Virus record (IMG/VR): IMGVR_UViG_3300045136_000099
From: a virus
Reading direction: 5' to 3' (one strand)
Length of the DNA: 47,636 bases
Positions 36,728 through 43,202 of the stretch are shown here, one piece after another. Numbering within the stretch: the first letter of the stretch is position 1; each line of letters starts with the position of its first letter. The notes beneath the pieces are model-generated. The model made no database searches and was not told the DNA's origin. It worked only from the letters and a program-made list of their open reading frames with translations. The position numbers were made by a program, and so were the translations under genes.

Positions 36728-36756
36728 ATGCTATCCATTTGAAATCCGGTCGGCAA
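36728..36756 (-). promoter_or_regulatory. Candidate early promoter
   Basis: On the - strand: TTGCCG, 17 nt, TAGCAT. Weaker match than the other promoters. Confidence 0.3.
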
Positions 36757-37219
36757 CCCTCAAAAAAGTGTGACAAGATGGCGCGAACGGCCACTCGGGA
36801 TGTGGAATTTTGGGACAGCGAAGAAGTGCCACGAGTGCCGCGAGCCAAACAGCACCCAAACGACGCACTCTCGCCTCGCCATCACCGTGCCCGGAGGTCA
36901 CACTAGCCTCGGTAGCTAGCGTGCATGTTAACCGCGCGAAACCACTAGCAGTGGCGGCATTGGAAATGAGCCATCCATTGCCATTGTTTGGCGCAACCGC
37001 GCGTAATCGCTGGCAAACGACGCCATTTGTAGGCGCTAACAGCGCGAGATCGCGCGCACCAGGGGTTTCCCCGCAGGGGAAAGAAGCTGCGCCCGCAGGG
37101 GTCCCCACACGCGCAAAAAATCCCCTCTCGAATATTACCCACATCCACCTACATGACTCGAGGGACGGGGGTACCTCGTCGAGCTCATCACCCCTTGACA
37201 CCGTCGAAAAAATAGCGGC

Positions 37220-37248
37220 TTGACAGCACCATTTGGATACCGTATAAT
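37220..37248 (+). promoter_or_regulatory. Perfect sigma70-consensus promoter (P1)
   Basis: TTGACA, 17 nt (gcaccatttggataccg), TATAAT. Confidence 0.75.
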
Positions 37249-37398
37249 AATAGCGACAGCAGTTAAGGTTTTGGCGGTGCTACGGCGCAGTCAGTGAGGG
37301 GTGCTGATAGCTGAGTCAGCTAGTCACTGACGAGCAGCCGACAGGCCGACCAGCTAATAGTGGCTTGTAAGGCGCTAATGGCTGAGTAGCATAAGCAC

Positions 37399-37611
37399 AT
37401 GCGCTACTTGCTACTCCTACTCGTGGCGTGCTCGAGCTCGAGGGCGGCGCCGAGGCCGCAAGTGCCCGATACGCTAGTGGTCGCCGACGACATCTTCGGG
37501 AGCGTGACCGCCGAGATCGCGTTCGGCCCTGAGCCCGGAGCCTACGATTGCGAGGTGATGACGCCGGCCCCGCGACAGAACCCCAAGCCGGGCGAGATGA
37601 TTCCACGCTAA
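37399..37611 (+). CDS. Small secreted lipoprotein (70 aa), moron-like
   Basis: MRYLLLLLVACSSS is a signal peptide plus lipobox LVAC. Lies downstream of P1 and outside both large operons. Confidence 0.55.
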   Translation: MRYLLLLLVACSSSRAAPRPQVPDTLVVADDIFGSVTAEIAFGPEPGAYDCEVMTPAPRQNPKPGEMIPR

Positions 37612-37668
37612 CGGCACCCCTAAATAGCAGTCTTGTCGCGTCGTTAGTAGTAGGCATATGAAAACCAT

Positions 37669-37698
37669 TTGACAGTGGCAGGTCAATCGCGGTATAAT
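37669..37698 (+). promoter_or_regulatory. Perfect-hexamer sigma70 promoter (P2) upstream of the tRNA
   Basis: TTGACA, 18 nt, TATAAT. Confidence 0.75.
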
Positions 37699-37709
37699 AC
37701 TTACGAGAA

Positions 37710-37723
37710 GTGGGAGCTCCCAC
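37710..37723. promoter_or_regulatory. Perfect 14-bp palindrome at about +5 to +18 of P2 (operator candidate)
   Basis: GTGGGAGCTCCCAC is its own reverse complement. Confidence 0.4.
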
Positions 37724-37797
37724 CCACGCAGGTGACAGCGCAAAGGGAGACACGCTGAGTCGCCGGCCGATTACGGCGGATGACGGAGAAGCGTTGA

Positions 37798-37875
37798 CGC
37801 GGGATGAGGAAGTCCGGTCCATCCGCTCGGGCTCATTACCCGAGAACGCTGGTTCAAATCCAGCTCCCGCTACCA
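37798..37875 (+). tRNA. Initiator-type tRNA-Met (anticodon CAU), 78 nt with encoded CCA
   Basis: Hand-folded cloverleaf: CGCGGGA-TG-AGGA-AGTCCGGTCCA-TCCG-C-TCGGG-CTCATTA-CCCGA-GAAC-GCTGG-TTCAAAT-CCAGC-TCCCGCT-A-CCA. U8, A14, G18G19 and A21 are in place. It has three G:C pairs next to the anticodon loop and a 1:72 mismatch (C.U). The anticodon stem and T loop are identical to E. coli tRNA-fMet as I recall it. Confidence 0.8.
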
Positions 37876-37879
37876 ATTC

Positions 37880-37950
37880 GAGGCCACGTCCATCGCTTGG
37901 AGCCGTTTGCAGGGGTGCAGCGGGACCTCCAACTCGTGGGTGGCCTCAGC
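37880..37950 (+). ncRNA. tRNA-shaped structured RNA E1 (non-decoding cloverleaf)
   Basis: GAGGCCA-CG-TCCA-TCGCT-TGGA-G-CCGTT-TGCAGGGGTGC-AGCGG-GACC-TCCA-ACTCG-TGGG-TGGCCTC-A-GC, followed by TTTTCT. A paralogue, E2, has compensated stems. Confidence 0.65.
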
Positions 37951-37956
37951 TTTTCT

Positions 37957-38030
37957 GACGGGCTGGCTGGTCGCTCTAGGCCACTTGCAGGGGTGCAGTG
38001 GAAGCTCTGGACTCGCCACAGCCCGTCACC
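37957..38030 (+). ncRNA. tRNA-shaped structured RNA E2 (paralogue of E1)
   Basis: GACGGGC-TGG-CTGG-TCGCT-CTAG-G-CCACT-TGCAGGGGTGC-AGTGG-AAGC-TCTGG-ACTCG-CCACA-GCCCGTC-A-CC, followed by TTTTCT. Confidence 0.65.
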
Positions 38031-38117
38031 TTTTCTCCGGTGAACGCACTCCTTGAGACGAGTCTAGGGGCACCGGGAACATTCATCGGTCGACGGTAGC
38101 GCTTCAACGTCGACGAA

Positions 38118-38182
38118 TAGCCCCGGCCGCTGTCGGTAAGTCCCTCGCGAGGGCACGGCGCGGTACCGGGGCGGCGCCTTTT
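38118..38182 (+). terminator. GC-rich extended hairpin plus TTTTCT, third stem-loop/T-tract unit before terS
   Basis: GCCCCGGCCGC...CCCTCGCGAGGG...GCGGTACCGGGGC, then GGCGCC-TTTTCT. Confidence 0.45.
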
Positions 38183-38300
38183 CTACAGCAAGCTGTATCC
38201 AGAGGGTCAATGGAACTCGCATCACGCAAGCGAATGGGTCACCCGCCGGTCCACGTTGACAAGAACGCTAGACGCGCGGTCAGCTACGTGGAGAGCTACC

Positions 38301-38816
38301 GTGCTTAACGACGACGGTAAGCCGCGGCGTGGAAGACCACCGGGTTCCAGGAACAAGCCTAAAGAACGATTGGTACCGCCTAGTCATGTCCCGCTGGAAG
38401 ACATCAGACCTGTAGATCCAGACACCATCGTTGCTCGCCAGCTGACGATGCTCGATTGGGCACAGCAGGCGATGCGCAACGAGATGAAGCGCGCCATGCA
38501 GGCGAAGGGGCAGTGGATCTCCAGCGATGACATCGCGAAGCTCGAGAAGCTGTCGATGGCCATTGTTCGCGCCATCGAAGCGCTGAAGCGATCCTCCGAG
38601 CTGGCTGACGAGCTCGCCGCACGCCTCAACGCGGAGCAGCTGCTCGAGGCCGCCATCCGCAAGATTGAAGGCCAGGATCTCGCGACGCTGAACTACGCGA
38701 TCAAGCGACTAAGAGCCCACCGTGAGCGCCTCGCGCCGGTGGGCGGGTTCGACAAGATCCAGATGGGCGAGCCGGCCACCGCTACGGCTGCAATCGCCGA
38801 GCTGGCCGAGGAGTAA
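38301..38816 (+). CDS. terS: Small terminase subunit candidate
   Basis: GGAGAG lies 5 nt before the GTG at 38301 (the ORF track starts at TTG 38256). N-terminal GKPRRGRPPGSRNKPKE basic arm and a coiled-coil centre. Lies upstream of terL. Confidence 0.5.
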   Translation: MLNDDGKPRRGRPPGSRNKPKERLVPPSHVPLEDIRPVDPDTIVARQLTMLDWAQQAMRNEMKRAMQAKGQWISSDDIAKLEKLSMAIVRAIEALKRSSELADELAARLNAEQLLEAAIRKIEGQDLATLNYAIKRLRAHRERLAPVGGFDKIQMGEPATATAAIAELAEE

Positions 38817-39268
38817 TGCAGTTCGCGACTCCGACCGCCGACGAGCTGAAGCTGGTCTTCGACTCGTGGGCAAACAGCTTCCGCAAATCACCGTGGGCTG
38901 GCTGCATCCCGAATCACCTCTACGACCAGGTGAGCCGCGAGGTGCAGCGAAGCATCATGGACAGGGGTGCGCGTGTGCTGGTCGCCGTCACGCCGATCGA
39001 GGGGCACGAGGCCGAATTCCCGGAGGTGCGGCGCGTGATGGGCTACAGCGTCTCCGAGCCGGAGCGCGGCATCCTGCACTTCCTGTACGTCAAGGCGCCG
39101 TATCGTGGGATTGGCGTCGGTCGCGCGCTCAAGCAGCGGACCGTCATCGACTTCTCGGCAGGCCAGCAATGGACCTACACGTTCCGCACGCGCGCTAGCG
39201 AGCGGTTCCTCAACAGCGACGTACCCGGCGTGTTTCGTTGGGACCCGGTGCCCGCTCGAGTCAAGTAA
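38816..39268 (+). CDS. GNAT-family acetyltransferase-like protein
   Basis: LHFLYVKAPYRGIGVGRAL matches the acetyl-CoA-binding motif A (R/Q-x-x-G-x-G/A). TAATG coupling at both ends. Confidence 0.5.
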   Translation: MQFATPTADELKLVFDSWANSFRKSPWAGCIPNHLYDQVSREVQRSIMDRGARVLVAVTPIEGHEAEFPEVRRVMGYSVSEPERGILHFLYVKAPYRGIGVGRALKQRTVIDFSAGQQWTYTFRTRASERFLNSDVPGVFRWDPVPARVK

Positions 39269-40992
39269 TGTCTCGCACTCTCGAAAAAGCGCTACGGAAG
39301 GAAGCCGGGCGCACTGACGCGCAGAAGGAGGTAGACAAGCGCTGTCGCGAGCGGGCCAAGAAGATGCTCGCGGACCTCCAGCGCGTGAACCCCAAGGCGG
39401 CGGCGATGGTCCTCGATCCGTCTCCGCACGTCGCGGCTATTTGTCCGCGCCGCGCCGGCAAGACGTACGCCGCAGTGCTCGCCGCGCTGATCACCGGCGA
39501 GGCCAAGCCGGGCTCTATCAGCCTGATCATCTCGCTGAATCTCAAGCAGCTGCGCCGCCTCTATTGGGCCGGCGGTCCTTCGGGCCTGTTCACCATCGCG
39601 CGGAAGTACGGACTCCACCTCGAGTTCAACAACACCTTCCTGCGCTGGGAGCACGAGAACGGCAGCATCGGCTACCTCCTCGGCGCCGACGACGACGAGC
39701 AGCTCGAAGTCATTCGCGGTCTCGAGGCCGACCTCTACATCATCGACGAGTGCAAGAGCTTCCAGCCGGTCGTGCTCGAGAAGCTCATCGAGGACATCAT
39801 CGACCCGCAGCGGGCCTCGCGTAAGGGCCGCATCGTGATGATTGGTACCCCCGGTTTCATCATGGCCGGACCGTTCTGGCAGGCGACGTGTCCCGACGCG
39901 ACGTTCGAGATGGAGTACCCCGAGGGCTCCGGTCAGAAGGTTCGCGCGCGCTACTCCGTCGACTACGGGCAGCAAGATCCCTACGGTCGCACCGGTATCC
40001 TTGTTTGGTCGCGGCACCATTGGACGCTCCAGGACAACACTGCGATGCCCCACCAGTGGGAGGAGGCGCTCGCGAAGAAGCGGCAGAAGGGTTGGTCCGA
40101 CGACGACCCGACGTGGATGCGCGAGTACCTCGGCATGTGGACTTCGAGCTCCGAGGGACTCGTCTTCCGCTACCACGAGGAGAAGCGCACCGGTCGCGTC
40201 ACCTGGCAGCCGAAGTCGAAGCGTATCGACCAGACCACTCTTGCTGAGCCGGACGCGCTACCGGAGGACGGTAAGCCCTGGCGGCTGATTGCCGGCCTCG
40301 ACATCGGCTACGAGGCGCCCACCGCGTTAGTCGTTTGCGCCTACTCGTCGAAGCTGCGCCAGCTCCGCGTCATCGCTGACTACTCGCGCAGCCACATGCT
40401 CGTCCCGGACATCGCCGAGATGATCTACGACGCGCAGCGCCGGTACGGACCCATCGAGAAAATCTACGCCGACGTTGGCAACCTCGGCAAGATGGTGGTC
40501 GAGACCCTCGTTCGCGAGTACGGTTTCCCACTCGAGAGGGCCGACAAGCGCGAGAAATACGACCACATCGAGCTCCTCAACGCCGCATTTAGTCGTGGCG
40601 AGGTGCTGGTCATCGAGAATTCCACCCTCGAGAACCAGCTGCTCACGGTTTGCTGGGACCTGCGCGACGACAATAAGGGCGCGAAGGACCTGCTCGCGCG
40701 TCAGGGCAAGCTCCGCGAGGACGACTCGATCCCAAACGACAGCACCGACGCGCTGCTGTACTGCTATCGCGGCTCGCTGCACCACTTCGGATGGAAGCCA
40801 TCTGAACCGCAAGTGGAGCCCGGCACCCCCGAGTGGGTGAAGCAGAAGGAACTGCGCGCGCTCGAGCTCGCCCGCAGACAGCTAATCGACGCGGAGAAGC
40901 GTGGCCCGCTGGTCACCAACGACCTGCCGAGGGGCTCGTACTTCATCCAGCGCGCACTCACGAGGCTGCGATGGTCACTCCCGAAAATCTGA
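39268..40992 (+). CDS. terL: Terminase large subunit
   Basis: Walker A CPRRAGKTYA, Walker B/coupling LYIIDECKSF. About 570 aa, directly upstream of the portal. Start in a TAATG overlap. Confidence 0.85.
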   Translation: MSRTLEKALRKEAGRTDAQKEVDKRCRERAKKMLADLQRVNPKAAAMVLDPSPHVAAICPRRAGKTYAAVLAALITGEAKPGSISLIISLNLKQLRRLYWAGGPSGLFTIARKYGLHLEFNNTFLRWEHENGSIGYLLGADDDEQLEVIRGLEADLYIIDECKSFQPVVLEKLIEDIIDPQRASRKGRIVMIGTPGFIMAGPFWQATCPDATFEMEYPEGSGQKVRARYSVDYGQQDPYGRTGILVWSRHHWTLQDNTAMPHQWEEALAKKRQKGWSDDDPTWMREYLGMWTSSSEGLVFRYHEEKRTGRVTWQPKSKRIDQTTLAEPDALPEDGKPWRLIAGLDIGYEAPTALVVCAYSSKLRQLRVIADYSRSHMLVPDIAEMIYDAQRRYGPIEKIYADVGNLGKMVVETLVREYGFPLERADKREKYDHIELLNAAFSRGEVLVIENSTLENQLLTVCWDLRDDNKGAKDLLARQGKLREDDSIPNDSTDALLYCYRGSLHHFGWKPSEPQVEPGTPEWVKQKELRALELARRQLIDAEKRGPLVTNDLPRGSYFIQRALTRLRWSLPKI

Positions 40993-41252
40993 GCCGCGTC
41001 CTGTTCGACCTGAAGGCGGCCGGCGTGCGCCGCGCGAAGTTCGCCCCCGACGGCACGCTCCAGGAGGTCGAGTTCGCCGAGGAGCTCTCCGAGCCCGAGG
41101 ACCGGAGCACTACGCAGGTGGTTACGGTTCCCACCGCCACCGCCGCAGCACCCCAACAACTGGCCATTAACGGCGTCGTCGTGACTAAGCACCCCGGCTA
41201 CGCCGCGCTGTTTGGAGCCAACACCCCGCGCTTCCGTTCCGCTGACGAATGA
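40971..41252 (+). CDS. Hypothetical protein (93 aa) between terL and portal
   Basis: ORF from MVTPENLS, overlapping the terL end by 22 nt. Confidence 0.45.
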   Translation: MVTPENLSRVLFDLKAAGVRRAKFAPDGTLQEVEFAEELSEPEDRSTTQVVTVPTATAAAPQQLAINGVVVTKHPGYAALFGANTPRFRSADE

Positions 41253-43147
41253 GAACACTCCAGGTACTCAACCCATTGCTACGCCAGCGCTGGTACGAGA
41301 AGGGCAGCGCCTCGAAGGACAAGAAGGAGGACGAGCTCCTCCGCGCGCAGTCCCTCGTCTCGGAGACGGCCGAGATCGAGCAGTATCAGCGCTCGTGGCA
41401 CGAGCTGAACCTCTGGAATGCCACGCTGCTGTTCAACCGCGAGTTGGTTGGGTTCAATTGGGGTGTCACGGAGGTCAACGCCGCGCGCGAGCTGTGGCCG
41501 TACAACCTCCACACCGAGAATCTCATCGAGGAGATCGGCGAGGCGATGATCTCGAAAGCGAGCTCGTCGCCGCTTCGGCCGTCGCTGGTTCCCACCGGCA
41601 AGAGCTGGAAGACCGAGCGCGCCGTTAGGAAGGCCGACAACTTCCTCTACGGACTGTGGCGGCAGACCAAGAGCGAGGACGCCTGCGTTTCGGCGTTCCT
41701 CGATTCGTTCTGGGCCGGCATCGGCGCCGTCATGGACGTGTACGACGAGGACACCGGGCTGCTCTGCACCGAGGCCCTGTTCCCCGACAACATCATCATC
41801 GACAACCGCGAGTGCATGAATCGGCGTTCGCCGCGCACGATTCGCATCCGCTCCGTTGTCCCGCGCGCCAGCATCGAGGCCAAGTACGGCGAGCTGCCGG
41901 CGACGCAGAAGTACGCCGACTATCGGCGTATCGGCGAGGGCTACGAGATCGTCGTCGAGGCGTTCCGTTTGCCGGACGCAAATGGCGAGGGCGGCTGGCA
42001 CGGCATCGCGTGCGGTGGCCGCATGCTGGTGGACGAGCCGTGGACGGAGGACTGGTTCCCCGTCGAGTTCTTCCACTACCGCGACAAGCTCAGCGGTTTC
42101 TACTGCCGCTCCGGCGTCGAGTCGCTCGTGCCGTATCAGCTGCGGCTGAACGACCTCAACAACGCGATCGAGGAGAGCCAGGACATCCGTTGCCATCCGC
42201 GACTGCTGACCCACATGAACACGCAGCTCGACCTGAGCCAGTGGGACAACGAGGCGGGGCGCATCCTGGGCTACGCGGGTGAGAAGCCCGAGCCGTTCAT
42301 TTGGCAAACGGAGCTGGCCGAGCTCTACCAGGAGCGCGAGCGCGTGTGGCAGAAGGCGTTCAACCACGCCGGCCTGTCCGATATGTTCGCGCACGCGGAG
42401 CTCCCTCAAGGGGTGCGACTGGACTCGAGCGCGGGCGTTCGCGAGTTCCACAACATGGAAGACCGCCGCCACTTGCGGCTGTGGACTCGCTTCGAGGACT
42501 TCCGGCTCCGGGTAGCGAAGATGCACCTCAAGGTGCTCGGCCGCTATAAGAGCGCGAAGGCGTACACCGTGGTGTACCCGTCGTCGCGTCTCGCTCAGGC
42601 CGCGAAGAAGGCCACCTACGAGGCCGTAAAGTGTCTCACCGAGGACCAATACAATTGGGACCTCGCCGCCGTTCCGCTGTCGCAGATGTCGCCGGCCGCG
42701 CGCCGCGAAACCCTCCGTGATTGGGTGTCGCGCGGACTGATGGACGACGCGCAGGCGAAGCGGATGCTCACCAACCCAAATCTCGAGCTCGAGGAAGACC
42801 TCGAGATGGCGAGCTACGACGACATCTACCGCCACATCGAGATCATGGAGAACGGTGGGTACGAAGCTCCGACGGAGCTGACCAACCTGACCTACGGCAT
42901 CAAGAAGGTCGTCGCGAACCTTCATCGACTGCGCCAGTTCGAGGAGGAGGACGAGGAGTCCGCCAAGGAGCTGCGCAACGTCATCGAGAATCACGTCAAG
43001 TGGATCGTGCACGCGACCTCGATCCAGCAAATGGCGGTCGCGATGTCGCAGGCTACGCCCGCGCCATTCCAGCCGACGCAGGGAATGCCCGGTACGAGCG
43101 CGTCTATCGGTAATATGGGTCCGATGGCAGCGCCAATGCCCGCTTAA
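41249..43147 (+). CDS. Portal protein
   Basis: 632-aa ORF immediately after terL and before the scaffold and capsid genes. ATGA overlap. Assigned by gene order and size. Confidence 0.75.
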   Translation: MRTLQVLNPLLRQRWYEKGSASKDKKEDELLRAQSLVSETAEIEQYQRSWHELNLWNATLLFNRELVGFNWGVTEVNAARELWPYNLHTENLIEEIGEAMISKASSSPLRPSLVPTGKSWKTERAVRKADNFLYGLWRQTKSEDACVSAFLDSFWAGIGAVMDVYDEDTGLLCTEALFPDNIIIDNRECMNRRSPRTIRIRSVVPRASIEAKYGELPATQKYADYRRIGEGYEIVVEAFRLPDANGEGGWHGIACGGRMLVDEPWTEDWFPVEFFHYRDKLSGFYCRSGVESLVPYQLRLNDLNNAIEESQDIRCHPRLLTHMNTQLDLSQWDNEAGRILGYAGEKPEPFIWQTELAELYQERERVWQKAFNHAGLSDMFAHAELPQGVRLDSSAGVREFHNMEDRRHLRLWTRFEDFRLRVAKMHLKVLGRYKSAKAYTVVYPSSRLAQAAKKATYEAVKCLTEDQYNWDLAAVPLSQMSPAARRETLRDWVSRGLMDDAQAKRMLTNPNLELEEDLEMASYDDIYRHIEIMENGGYEAPTELTNLTYGIKKVVANLHRLRQFEEEDEESAKELRNVIENHVKWIVHATSIQQMAVAMSQATPAPFQPTQGMPGTSASIGNMGPMAAPMPA

Positions 43148-43202
43148 TGGCTAGTGCCGAGTATTATCGCGAGTGGAGACGTAAGAACTCCGAGAAGGTT
43201 TC

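Noticed and set aside
37061-37170. G-quadruplex from four GGGG tracts
   Set aside because: The loops between tracts are 10, 18 and about 60 nt. Each G tract has an adjacent complementary CCCC tract, so duplex hairpins are more likely.
36731-37223. ORFs 36731..37201 (-) and 36810..37223 (+) in the divergent spacer
   Set aside because: The translations are low-complexity and non-protein-like. The two ORFs overlap each other completely, and the region has lower GC and is full of repeats.
37709-37875. A 167-nt tmRNA-like or intron-containing tRNA, pairing AGTGGGA (37709) with the 3' acceptor strand TCCCGCT
   Set aside because: The 78-nt cloverleaf starting at 37798 is canonical (U8, A14, GG, A21, initiator features). 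AGTGGGA belongs to the adjacent perfect palindrome GTGGGAGCTCCCAC. No tag ORF ending in a typical ...LAA is present.
37827-37875. The tRNA as only a 3' tRNA fragment marking attP
   Set aside because: A complete 5' half with a correct acceptor complement and D-arm landmarks is present. The gene also has its own consensus promoter. An attP role is still not excluded.
37880-38030. E1 and E2 as ordinary tRNA genes in a tRNA array
   Set aside because: The D loop is 5 nt without GG, and the T loop is 5 nt (ACTCG) rather than TTCRANY. The middle arm has an 11-nt loop or a GGGG tetraloop, so there is no anticodon. I kept them as tRNA-shaped ncRNAs instead.
41279-43030. Long antisense ORFs: 41279..43030 -, 44175..45560 -, 11067..12173 -, 35538..36470 +, 23080..23895 +, 18390..19226 +, 29455..30210 +
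   Set aside because: They lie opposite well-supported genes and translate to Arg/Ala/Pro/Gly-rich strings typical of high-GC antisense frames. They also lack start-site signals.
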